Shown piece by piece: positions 25,651 to 39,715 of a DNA stretch of 64,000 bases (its first letter is position 1; each line of letters starts with the position of its first letter). The translations under genes and the position numbers were made by a program. Source of the stretch: Eledone cirrhosa (Eukaryota); assembly GCA_964016885.1 (NCBI GenBank), contig OZ024765.1:20212001-20276000 (forward strand). The letters are read 5' to 3'. The notes beneath the pieces are model-generated. The model worked only from the letters and a program-made list of their open reading frames with translations. It did no database searches and was not told the DNA's origin.

Positions 25651-25755
25651 ACAACACCTGGTAGCTGACAGGAGCTGATGAAGGAAAACACAAGAGAAAT
25701 TATAATTTTTCTGAAACTCTGGCCAGAAGAAGCAACATCATAAAAACTATTTTGC

Positions 25756-26783
25756 TTTAACAAACTAAAAAACCTGCCTGATCCGGGGCTCAAACTCCTG
25801 ACCCTTTAACAAACTAAAAAACCTGCCTGATCCGGGGCTCAAACTCCTGACCCTTTAACAAACTAAAAAACCTGCCTGATCCGGGGCTCAAACTCCTGAC
25901 CCTTTAACAAACTAAAAAACCTGCCTGATCCGGGGCTCAAACTCCTGACCCTTTAACAAACTAAAAAACCTGCCTGATCCGGGGCTCAAACTCCTGACCC
26001 TTTAACAAACTAAAAAATCTGCCTGATCCGGGGCTCAAACTCCTGACCCTTTAACAAACTAAAAAACCTGCCTGATCCGGGGCTCAAACTCCTGACCCTT
26101 TAACAAACTAAAAAACCTGCCTGATCCGGGGCTCAAACTCCTGACCCTTTAACAAACTAAAAAACCTGCCTGATCCGGGGCTCAAACTCCTGACCCTTTA
26201 ACAAACTAAAAAACCTGCCTGATCCGGGGCTCAAACTCCTGACCCTTTAACAAACGAAAAAACCTGCCTGATCCGGGGCTCAAACTCCTGACCCTTTAAC
26301 AAACTAAAAAACCTGCCTGATTCGGGGCTCAAACTCCTGACCCTTTAACAAACGAAAAAACCTGCCTGATCCGGGGCTCAAACTCCTGACCCTTTAACAA
26401 ACGAAAAAACCTGCCTGATCCGGGGCTCAAACTCCTGACCCTTTAACAAACTAAAAAACCTGCCTGATCCGGGGCTCAAACTCCTGACCCTTTAATAAAC
26501 GAAAAAACCTGCCTGATCCGGGGCTCAAACTCCTGACCCTTTAACAAACTAAAAAACCTGCCTGATCCGGGGCTCAAACTCCTGACCCTTTAACAAACGA
26601 AAAAACCTGCCTGATCCGGGGCTCAAACTCCTGACCCTTTAACAAACGAAAAAACCTGCCTGATCCGGGGCTCAAACTCCTGACCCTTTAACAAACTAAA
26701 AAACCTGCCTGATCCGGGGCTCAAACTCCTGACTCTTTAACAAACTAAAAAACTCGCCTGATCCGGGGCTCAAACTCCTGACC
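25756..26783. repeat. 49-bp minisatellite, about 21 copies, derived from the 3' half of a tRNA-like sequence plus T6 terminator
   Basis: Unit tttaacaaactaaaaaacctgcctgatccggggctcaaactcctgaccc; minus strand GGTCAGGAGTTTGAGCCCCGGATCAGGCAGGTTTTTT. Confidence 0.9.
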
Positions 26784-26826
26784 TTATGCTTGTTATTCCA
26801 ACAAGCTAACCACCACTAAGCCAGTT
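26748..26826 (-). pseudogene. tRNA-like pseudogene or SINE head that seeds the 49-bp array
   Basis: Minus strand TGGCTTAGTGGTGGTTAGC (A box)...AAGGTCAGGAGTTTGAGCCCCG (B-box-like)...TTTTTT; the acceptor stem does not pair. Confidence 0.55.
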
Positions 26827-26969
26827 CCACATATAGAGAGACTGTGGCTAGAATCAATAAACATGTTATGATATATCTAGTAGAGCAGACATGATTCTAC
26901 AGAAGGCTTTTAGGTCTGTCGGAGATATACGGTTATTAATAAATTGAGAACTTGATCAATAACAAACTG

Positions 26970-29280
<2,311 letters not shown>

Positions 29281-29486
29281 CTCCATATCTCATTAACACC
29301 TTTTCTGTAACCCCACACCCACCTCCCCTTCCCCCTACCTTCACTGACCCAAACTCCAACCTCCACTCACACCACAACTGCACCAGACATTGCATACCTA
29401 CATGTCTGTACACACACACACACTCACACACACATACACACACACACACACATACACACATACATATATATAATATATATATATAT

Positions 29487-29821
29487 GGAGGCACATGGCT
29501 TAGTGGTTAGAGCATTGGCCTTGCAATCGAAAGGTTGTGAGTTCAATTCTCAGACCGGGTGATTTGTTGTGTCCTTGAGCAAGACACTTTATTTCACATT
29601 GCTCCAGTTTACTCAGCTGTAGAAATGAGATGATAGGGACTGGGGTCCCTATCATTCCACTGCAAAGTGGACGTGGAGGTGCCACGGCAAAACAGCACCC
29701 AGCACTCACTGTAAATGAGGTTGGTGTCAGGAAGGGCATCCAGCTGTAGAAATCAAGCCAGAATCAGTTCCCGTCCCACCCTTGCAAGCAGGGAAAAGCG
29801 AATGTAAAATGAAATGATGAT
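29487..29821 (+). mobile_element. Full-length CORE-type tRNA SINE
   Basis: Near-identical to 15082-15417. Confidence 0.9.
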
Positions 29822-29990
29822 CTATGCTATAAAACTGACGGCCATATGTAGGTAACAAACTTTTCACCAAAGGCTGGACCAAACAGCACCAAATTTGCAC
29901 CATAGATGTAACTTTTTCCAAGTAAAAAGTGAGGGTATTTTTCTCTACTGAATTCTGTTAAAAGATTAAAGACATTATTTAAATATTCAC

Positions 29991-30383
29991 AAGGATTGGC
30001 AGTATCGGTAGAGAGTCAGACGCCATGCTTTGCAGCAAAGAGTTACGGCCCTTTATGGTCTGAGTTCAAATCCCGCCGAGGTTAACTTTGCCTTTCATCC
30101 GTACGGGGCCGATAAGATAAAGTACCAGTATTACACTGGGATAATTGCTGGCCTTGTGCCAAAAGTGGAAACAATTATGGCTCTTCTGTTGGTGGTGGAT
30201 TGGCAGTATCGGTAGAGCGTCAGACGCCATGCTTTGCAGCACAGAGTTATGGCCCCTTTTTGGTCTCATTTCAAATCCCGCCGAGGTTAACTTTGCCTTT
30301 CATCCTTACGGGGTCGATAAAATAAAGTACCAGTAATACACTGGAATAATTGCTGGCCTTGTGCCAAAAGTAGAAACAATTAT
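29991..30383 (+). mobile_element. Meta-type SINE dimer with target-site duplication
   Basis: Two head-to-tail copies; ATTATTTAAATATTCAC at 29974-29990 and 30379-30395. Confidence 0.85.
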
Positions 30384-30734
30384 TTAAATATTCACTTCTT
30401 TAAAATTTCAAATGTCAACACTTCCAGTTATACGTCTTTCCTCACTTTTTCTTATGACGTCAAGCAACATTCCCCTCTTTTTCTTAGTCTGTCTTTTTAG
30501 ATAGATACATAGCTATAACGTAGCACCCTTATAATATGTCTCTGTATGTCTGGCTGTCTGCATTAGATAACGTTTTTCGAAATATTTACTTCTGCGTTCA
30601 CAGACGGATATTCTAAGTTAAAGGTGAAAGCAGCGATTCTTTGCTTAAACTTTAATGTTATTTTAATAAATATATTCGTGTACAGATATTTTTCCATACA
30701 CAAAAACAAAAACCTATTTATTTCATGAAAGCAC

Positions 30735-31625
30735 AGACGGCTTATCATCATTGTTACTGTTCGAGGTTAGAGGACCACAGTCTTTCCAAGATCTGAGAAC
30801 CATCAATGGCCATCAATGTTCCACTTACCGTTTGGCTTGCCAGATGCGTGGTATGTTACACGATGACAGCCATTGGCACCTTACTCTGCAAGAAGCAGCA
30901 ACTGCTAAATTCCCTTCTCAGCTGCAAAAACCTTTTGCTATTATGCTGCACAACTGTGATCTCCCCGACCCTCTCACAATGTGGAACAACCACCGCGAAA
31001 GTCTAGCTGAGGACATCCTCCACCCGCACACACAGACACAATCCAAACGTAACATACGATGTTGTTTTCAATGAGGCGCTCATTTGTCTTGAAAACAGTG
31101 TCCTGGAGATTAGTGGTAGGCCTCTAAGTCACTACAGCTTACCTGCTCCTGACAGGAGTGTCCAGAGGTCAACGTCTACAGAGCTTCTCCGTGAGATGAG
31201 CTACGAGATCAGTGATTCTCCCATGGTCAATTGTATGTAGGACGCTCTAGGGTTAGCTCACCAAACAATCTCTTCATCTTTGCTCCGGAGGGCCGAACAA
31301 AATATATTGTATACTCTGAGGCTCTAACAATGTAATTTAAATATTTTCTGTTACTTGGAATTTCCATTATGGTTGTACAAATTATTGTTTGTTAAAAAAG
31401 TTGTTCTCTGTTCAGCCTTTATTGTTGTAACTATCAATTTTCTTTAACGTACTGGCTGCTGAACTGGGGAATCCTAAAAACTATTCAAACCCAGCATCAG
31501 AGCTAACTCCCCTCGCTGACTTGAGAGGGCGTGCGGTATCTTTGCACTAGAGTGTAGGGGAGATTCCTGAAAAGATAAAATGCCAGTATACCTAGCCGGG
31601 CGCCAGCCGGACGGGGGCCAGCTAG
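30735..31625 (+). mobile_element. Helitron, internally deleted RepHel fragment with 3' terminus
   Basis: LLFEVRGPQSFQDLRTINGHQCSTYRLACQMRGMLHDDSHW..TLQEAA...LW....ESLAEDIL; FNEALICLE; joined to helicase motif VI FSHGQLYVGRSRV...TKYIVYSEAL*; GC-rich hairpin-like segment then CTAG|T at 31622-31626. Confidence 0.92.
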
Positions 31626-31634
31626 TGTATATAT

Positions 31635-32125
31635 ATATAAGGGATAACAAGTTATCGTTATAGGTAATCCAGTTAGAGGTTGTGAATACTCCGCATTGTG
31701 GATAGTTTTAATGTACGCCATTGTTTGACTCAACAAGAGATTTCCTTAGGTAGGGAGTTTATAAGTTCTCAGGAGTTCCTATGTAAGTTAATCTTGGAGT
31801 AATAATAGTGAAAGAGTCAAGAATAACATGGTCAACAGTACAGAAATGGTTTTATTTACAGTATTAACAATTGTTTCACTGATTAAGTTGTCTTAAAATT
31901 GCTAATCACTTGAAGTTGTGTCACCGAATTTTAAATACAATGTATGCCTAATCAAATCATTGGAAAAACTTTTTCCAATGATTTGATTAATCATACTTTG
32001 TATTTCTAATTGAGTGACACAACTTCAGGTGATTAGCAATTTTAAGACAACTTAACCAATGAAACAATTGTTAATACTGTAAATAAAACCCTTTCTGTAC
32101 TGTTGACCATGTTATTCTTGACTCT
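31635..32125. mobile_element. TA-flanked dispersed element with 313-bp palindrome (31813-32125); related copy at about 43270-43570
   Basis: Arms symmetric about 31969; ttgtttgactcaacaa..tttccttag and aatgaaacaattgtt shared with the 43.3-43.6 kb copy. Confidence 0.65.
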
Positions 32126-32159
32126 GGTAAATGAAATAATTATCTTATGTTGTTTATTT

Positions 32160-32192
<33 letters not shown>

Positions 32193-32326
32193 GTATATAT
32201 TTATATATTTATATATATATGTTAGGTAATTATGAAGAAAAAGGAGTGCTCTATATATAGAACAGAACTATTTAATTAGAAAGAGCTATTTAATTAGAAA
32301 GAGTTATTTAATTAGAAACACAATAT

Positions 32327-32582
32327 ATTAGAAATATGGTAATGAAAGGGTTAATGACATAGACAGTGTCTTTCATTAGAAATATGGTAATGAAAGGGTT
32401 AATGACATAGACAGTGTCTTTCATTAGAAATATGGTAATGAAAGGGTTAATGACATAGACAGTGTCTTTCATTAGAAATATGGTAATGAAAGGGTTAATG
32501 ACATAGACAGTGTCTTTCATTAGAAATATGGTAATGAAAGGGTTAATGACATAGACAGTGTCTTTCATTAGAAATATGGTAA
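32327..32582. repeat. 48-bp minisatellite, about 5 copies, containing a piggyBac-like end (aaagggTTAA)
   Basis: Unit attagaaatatggtaatgaaagggttaatgacatagacagtgtctttc. Confidence 0.9.
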
Positions 32583-33251
32583 CAAAATGGTTTAAATAAT
32601 ATTAAATCTCCCAAAATTCTTTATTATTTCTAAAATGATTTAAAAATCCTGTGTTTAATTAGTCCAATATATTAATGAAATGGTTTAAATAAATATAGGA
32701 GGGAACCTTATCTGGTATGTTGGGTATTTTTATATATTACTAAGAGTCAGACTGATTTTAAAATAAATATAAAAATATTTGCATTTATTATACTTGGTAT
32801 ACATTTTAGTAAAAAGACGCTGGAAGTTCTGTAAAGTTGGTCTTGGAATGTCGAATGCTGCTTTACAGAGAAACTGGTGTATTTAAACAATTCAAGATAT
32901 GTTTTATGTTGAGATGGATAGAAATAAAAGTCATCATCAGTGTCATTATCATTATCGTCACCACCACCGCCACCACCACCACCACCACCATCATCACCAT
33001 CACCACCACCATCAGCACCATCATCACCATCACCACCACCACCATCACCACCATCACCATCACCACCACCATCAGCACCATCATCACCATCACCACCACC
33101 ATCATCATCATCATCACCATCATCATCATGTTACAACAGACTGAATGAGTTGGGGTGTATAACCCAACCAAACTTGAGTACCTGTATATGTCACTTGTAA
33201 TTAATTATTGATACTAGCAGAAAGACACCTTCGGATGGTTTTCTGCTACTC

Positions 33252-33423
33252 TGTGTAGTGTGTATATTGATATTATACACATGTATATATACATGTAGAT
33301 ATGATACATGTGTAGTGTGTATATTGATATTATACACAAGTATATATACATGTAGATATGATACATGTGTAGTGTGTATATTGATATTATACACATGTAT
33401 ATATACATGTAGATATGATACAT
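33252..33423. repeat. 57-bp tandem repeat, 3 copies
   Basis: tgtgtagtgtgtatattgatattatacacatgtatatatacatgtagatatgataca. Confidence 0.9.
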
Positions 33424-33727
33424 CAAATAACATCGTAATTGACAATATACACAGAAATTGAAGGAAGACTGCGTTACACTGTCTTATGTAATCAGTAACG
33501 TAATCCATGATACATTAAAAAAAGACGATATTATATATAAACTGCATTAGGAGAAAATTAGTGACAGAAATATATTAATGTTTATTTAAGCGATTGCTAA
33601 CCGGAAGTGTTGACATTTGAAAATTTTAAAGAAGTGAATCTTTAAATAAATAATAAAATATATTTAATGAACAGCCACGAAATTTAGTAGATAAATTATT
33701 TAGTATTGTTATACTTTGGGAGGGTCA

Positions 33728-34641
33728 TGTAGTGGTAGTGGTGGTGGTAGTGGTGGTGGTGGTGGTGGTGGTGATGGTAGTGGTAGCAGTTGTGGTGATG
33801 GTGGTGGTAGTGGTGGTGGTGGTGGTGTCGGTAGTGGTAGCAGTGGTGGTGATGGTGGTGGTAGTGGTGGTGGTGGTGGTGTCGGTAGTGGTAGCAGTGG
33901 TGGTGGTGGTGGTGTCAGTAGTGGTAGTGGTGGTGTCAGTAGTGGTAGCAGTTGTGGTGATGGTGGTGGTAGTGGTGGTGGTGGTGGTGGTGGTGTCAGT
34001 AGTGGTGGTGGTGGTGGTGTCAGTAGTGGTGGTGGTGGTGGTGGTGGTGTCAGTAGTGGTGGTGGTGGTGGTGGTGGTGGTGTCAGTAGTGGTAGTGGTG
34101 GTGGTGGTGTCAGTAGTGGTAGTGGTGGTGGTGGTGGTGTCAGTAGTGGTAGTGGTGGTGTCGGTAGTGGTAGCAGTTGTGGTGATGGTGGTGGTAGTGG
34201 TGGTGGTGGTGGTGGTGTCAGTAGTGGTGGTGGTGGTGGTGGTGTCAGTAGTGGTGGTGGTGGTGGTGGTGGTGTCAGTAGTGGTGGTGGTGGTGGTGGT
34301 GGTGGTGGTGGTGTCAGTAGTGGTGGTGGTGGTGGTGGTGGTGTCAGTAGTGGTAGTGGTGGTGGTGGTGGTGTCAGTAGTGGTAGTGGTGGTGTCGGTA
34401 GTGGTAGCAGTTGTGGTGATGGTGGTGGTAGTGGTGGTGGTGGTGGTGGTGGTGTCAGTAGTGGTGGTGGTGGTGGTGGTGGTGGTGTCAGTAGTGGTGG
34501 TGGTGGTGGTGGTGGTGGTGGTGTCAGTAGTGGTAGTGGTGGTGGTGGTGGTGGTGGTGGAGGGGGTGGTGGTGGTGCTAGTAGTGGTATTACAAGTACT
34601 GATGGATGAGGTATTAATGGCATTGTTGTTGTTGCTGCTCA

Positions 34642-34673
<32 letters not shown>

Positions 34674-34730
34674 TTCATGTTGTTGTTGTTACTGCTGTTG
34701 TTATTGATGATGATGATGATGCTGTAGTTG
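33728..34730. repeat. (GGT)n-based trinucleotide repeat with higher-order units, followed by (GCT)/(GTT)/(GAT) runs
   Basis: Direct inspection. Confidence 0.9.
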
Positions 34731-34907
34731 CTGTCATCCAATCAGTAACAACCTCCCAACTCAGTCATCCACTGGATCAGATGAATAAACAATGAAGACT
34801 AAAGTAAACATAGACACGGGTGGGGGGGGGGGGGTTACACGGGGGGGGGTTACACGGGGGGAGGGGGGTTACACGGGGGGGGGGGGGTATATATATATAT
34901 ATATATA

Positions 34908-34974
<67 letters not shown>

Positions 34975-35094
34975 GTCTAACCCATACTAGCGTGGAAAAT
35001 GGATGTTAAATGATGATATATATATGTATATATACATATATATACATATATATATATATGTATGGATATATATATATATATATATATAGATGAG

Positions 35095-35141
35095 ATTCTA
35101 CAGGACTAGAACTGTTTCATTCTTTAGAAATCATCAGGAAT
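35095..35141 (-). ncRNA. Type I hammerhead ribozyme (same family as 5310-5360)
   Basis: Minus strand: AUUC CUGAUGA U[UUC UAAA GAA]U GAAA CAG UUCUAGUC CUG UA GAAU; stem I covaries relative to the 5310 copy (CUUC/GAAG vs AUUC/GAAU). Confidence 0.8.
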
Positions 35142-35201
35142 ACCTTACTTACTGTGGTTACCTCCGATTCAACCCGGAATAACGTATATATATATATATA
35201 T

Positions 35202-35482
35202 ATGGTGGCTGCCAACTCGTTTTCGAGTATGGCCACTACTTTATATCCATGTAGGAGAACCCCTACCGATGCGCTGAACGAGTGTGACTTTTTAGTCCAG
35301 CCAGCAGTGACTTGAAAACTCTGGTACAAACACTACACTTGTGACAATTATTGACACATAGTGCTGGGCCCATGGTACCATGTGACGACAAGTGCAGAGA
35401 GATCTCCAGATATAAAGCAATGCCTGTGCCGTGAAGCTTTTATAGTGAGCAAAGGCACTGCACAAAGCCAGTCCCACTCTCT
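35202..35482 (-). mobile_element. Non-autonomous RTE-like repeat, 3' part
   Basis: Reverse complement of 37850-38127. Confidence 0.8.
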
Positions 35483-36138
35483 TTTTTCGATACTCGATTA
35501 TTCTACTATATTTAGCTCTAAACTTAGCTATTGACCAGTTAATTTTATTGTTCATTTTTTGTCGATCCTATTAAATGATGAATAGCCCCTGTTTATTTTA
35601 ACATGTCTATTGAGCACTCTTATTCGATATGTGATTTTCCACATTCCCGAATATTTTTCGCGGATATAGAGGTTATCTCCCTTGCTGGATTCCATGTGCG
35701 TTTTCAGCTAGGGTTGGCTTTTTTATTCGTTTGGACAAAGCTCGTTGATAAAGTATTTCCTGTCCGCCGCTCTCTAGAAGTCTTATATATTTTTATGTGG
35801 GCTGATAGTGGGCGGTTTAAGGATTTACAGAAACCCAAGAAGCTAGATTTACCATCTTTCTAGTGGGTCCGGGTAAGCTTTTTACATTCATATGATTTAT
35901 TGATTTATTGATATTTTATCTGAGTGACCCGAATCTTCCTGATCGTAATTTTTCGGTCGTATGGTTGATTTTAGACATAATCTATGTGTGTTGGTATTTT
36001 AACGATAGTTATAGCTCTGATTTATCTGAATTATTGAGCCCTCTGCCACTCATGTCGAATTTTGTTTATCGTGAACTCGTGCGACGATTTTTCGATACTC
36101 GATTATTCTACTACATGTATATATATATATATATGTAT

Positions 36139-36209
<71 letters not shown>

Positions 36210-36280
36210 GTATAATAAACAATACAATATAATTACCTCATTACCAGAGGTTTCCCGAATAAGACGAATATGAAAAACGT

Positions 36281-36354
36281 TTGCCTTGTCCAACGAACGA
36301 ATGAGGACGTTTTTCGTATTCGTCTTATTCGGGAAACCTCTGGTAATGAGGTAA
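36281..36354 (+). ncRNA. Hammerhead-like fold with variant core CCAACGA, in fold-back 36207-36380
   Basis: UUGCCUUGU CCAACGA A[CGAAUGAGGACG...CGUCUUAUUCG]G GAAA CC UCU GG UA AUGAGGUAA; 9-bp stem I including G-U pairs. Confidence 0.6.
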
Positions 36355-36451
36355 TTATATTGTATTGTTTATTATACATTAAATTTTGCTCTGGTACTTA
36401 CACACACACACACACATATATATATACAGACACACATGCACAGGCATACAA

Positions 36452-36490
<39 letters not shown>

Positions 36491-36507
36491 GATACACACA
36501 CACATAT

Positions 36508-36856
36508 CATTTCATCATTCATCATCATTTCATTTTACGTCCACTTTTCCCTGCTTGCAAGGGTGGGACGGGAACTGATTCTGGCTTGATTTCTACAGCT
36601 GGATGCCCTTCCTAACACCAACCTCATTTACAGTGAGTGCTGGGTGCTTTTTTGCCGTGGCACCTCCACGACCACTTTACAGTGGAATGATATGGACCCC
36701 AGTCCCTATCATCTCATTTCTACAGCTGACTAAACTGGAGCAATGTGAAATAAAGTGTCTTGCTCAAGGAAACAACACATCACCTGGTCTGAGAATTGAA
36801 CTCACAACCTTTCAATTGCAAGGCCAATGCTCTAACCACTAAGCCATGTGCCTCCA
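36508..36856 (-). mobile_element. Full-length CORE-type tRNA SINE
   Basis: Near-identical to 29487-29821. Confidence 0.9.
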
Positions 36857-37177
36857 TATATATTGGAAAATGTGTGAGATCCTTGGTACAGATAGGTATA
36901 TTTGAAAAAAAGGAAAAGAATGCTTTCACTTGTAGTGTTAAAAAATGTTTGATTTAATTTTATAATATTATAATAATATGAGTTGGTAGATCCAGTAAGT
37001 TGTTTGTTAACTTCGGTGGGAAGGATTTTATAGATTCCTGGTTAACTTGGGTTGGAGAACTTTCTCGCATTCGTCTGTGGCGATTGTCAAACTGAGATCA
37101 GGTTGTGTTGAAATGTGTGACTGTATATAAGAGAGATTTGGATCTACCAACTCATAATATTATAATATTATAAAAAA

Positions 37178-37365
37178 GGTAGTGGATTGGCAGTATCGGT
37201 AGAGGGTCGGATGCCATGCTTTCCAGCATAGTTACGTCCCTTAATGATCTGAGTTCAAATCCCGCCGAGGTTGACTTTGCCTTTTATCCTTACGGGTTCG
37301 ATAAAATAAAGTACCAGTAATATACTGGTTAATTGCTGGCCTTGTGCCAAAAGTAGAAACAATTA
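37178..37365 (+). mobile_element. Meta-type SINE inserted into the right arm of fold-back 36897-37430
   Basis: SINE motif; attataaaa duplicated on both sides. Confidence 0.85.
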
Positions 37366-37519
37366 TAAAATTAAATCAAACATTTTTTAACACTACAAGT
37401 GAAGTCATTCTTTTCCTTTTTTTCAAATATATATATATATATAAACACACACATACACACATATGTATATATATAATATATATATGTGTGTGTGTGTTTA
37501 TATATATGTATGTGTGTAT

Positions 37520-38127
37520 ACATGTTACCAGTTGCTGCTACTGGTAACATGTATCCCAGTACAACCTGTCTCATGGTCGGGTCGTTGGCGACTAAACTGG
37601 CAACCCCACCAAGCTTTCTTGGTGAGGAGGGTGACTTTGGACATCCTGCAGGACTAAAAACAAAACCTGTCAAAGGGCAAAGGAGCTCTTAAGAGTCAAT
37701 GGCCATCCAAAATCACCGGGAGAGATGACCCCTTAGCCTTTGTCAAGGCAGAATTCTAGGAGAAGGAAAACTCTGATATAACACCTGCAACCCTGATGGT
37801 ATCCAATGATGTTGACTTGTTCTTCTTTTTGGTAAATATCATCTTGGTTAAGAGAGTGGGACTGGCTTTGTGCAGTGCCTTTGCTCACTATAAAATCTTC
37901 ACGGCACAGGCATTGTTTTATATCTGGAGATCTCTCTGCACTTGTCGTCACATGGTACCATGGGCCCAGCACTATGTGTCAATAATTGTCACAAGTGTAG
38001 TGTTTGTACCAGAGTTTTCAAGTCGCTGGCGGGACTAAAAAGTCACACTCGTTCAGCGCATCGGTAGGGGTTCTCCTACATGGATATAAAGTAGTGGCCG
38101 TACTCGATAATGAGTTGGCAGCCACCA
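37520..38127 (+). mobile_element. Non-autonomous RTE-like element, longest copy in the window (about 600 bp)
   Basis: Contains ctaggagaaggaaaactctga (resembles RTE 5' UTRs, from recollection); ends gagttggcagccaccat into (TA)n; partial copies at 35202, 52255, 52990 and 53300. Confidence 0.65.
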
Positions 38128-38374
38128 TATATATAATATATATATATATATATACACACACAAACAAACGAGCAAAATGCTGATGTCAAGTGATACACAC
38201 AAACACCAGAAATTAGTACAAACTAGTATATATAGTAGTTTTAGTCTCCATCAACCCCGCTCCCCGTCTCTCACTCCCCTACTCTTTCTCTCACTACCTC
38301 CACCACTCCCCCAGTCTCTCTCTCCTCCTTCCACTTCCATATCTCACCACACCACACCTTAAGGATATATATTT

Positions 38375-38499
38375 GTGTTAAGTATGTGTTTGTGTGTATG
38401 TGTGTGTATATGTGTATGTGTGTGTATATGTGTGTGTGTGTGTGTATATATATGTGTATGTGTGTGTGTGTGTATATATATATATGTATGTGTGTAGGA

Positions 38500-38533
<34 letters not shown>

Positions 38534-39410
38534 TCCTATACACATACACACAAACACATACACACACAAACACAGACACACACAACACACAGACACACAC
38601 ACAAACACACACATACACACACAAACGCATACACACACAAACACATACACACAACACACAGACACACACACAAACACACACATACACACACAAACGCATA
38701 CACACACAAACACATACACACACATACACTCAAACACATACACACACAAACACACAGACAGACACACACACACACAAACACAGACACACACACACACACA
38801 CAAACACACATACACATTCAGACAGACACACAGACACAAACACTGCATTCATAACACAGGAGAAAAGCTGAGAGAGAAAAAGGGAGATATATATATATAG
38901 AGAGAGAGGGGGTTGGTTAGAGAGAGAGAGAAAGATATATATATACAGAGAGAGGGTTGGTTAGATAGAGAGAGAGAGAGGGTTGGTTTGATAGAGAGAG
39001 GTAGGGATATATATATATATATAGAGAGAGAGAGGGTTGGTTTGATAGAGAGAGGTAGGGATATATATATATAGAGAGAGAGGGTTGGTTAGAGAGAGAG
39101 AGAAAGATATATATATACAGAGAGAGGGTTGGTTAGATAGAGAGAGAGAGAGGGTTGGTTTGATAGAGAGAGGTAGGGATATATATATATAGAGAGAGAG
39201 GGTTGGTTAGAGAGAGAGAGAAAGATATATATATACAGAGAGCGGGTTGGTTAGATAGAGAGAGAGAGAGGGTTGGTTTGATAGAGAGAGGTAGGGATAT
39301 ATATATATATAGAGAGAGAGGGTTGGTTTGATAGAGAGAGAGAGGTAGGGAGATATATATATATATATATAGAGAGAGAGGGTTGGTTTGATAGAGAGAG
39401 AGATAGGGAG

Positions 39411-39446
<36 letters not shown>

Positions 39447-39476
39447 GGTTGGTTTGATAGAGAGAGAGATAGGGAG

Positions 39477-39518
<42 letters not shown>

Positions 39519-39667
39519 GGTTGGTTTGATAGAGAGAAAGAGAGAGATTGCAAAGCCGGCAGCATAATCTAGAGAGAGAGAGAGATAGAGAGAGAGAGGT
39601 AGGGAAGTAGAGAGGGGGTATAGTGATAGAGAGGTGATTAGTTTTCAATAGGATTAACAGCAGGATG

Positions 39668-39715
<48 letters not shown>

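Noticed and set aside
35485-36110. Coding potential of the AT-rich island (minus MNNKINWSIAK...) and of 36995-37140 as PLE endonuclease relics
   Set aside because: Only vague motif resemblance with multiple stops; cannot be supported without a profile search.
37555-37605. HDV-like ribozyme at the 5' end of the RTE-like element (CCAGU...C UAA ACUGG)
   Set aside because: P2- and P4-like pairings are present, but no consistent P1/P3/L3 could be built by hand.
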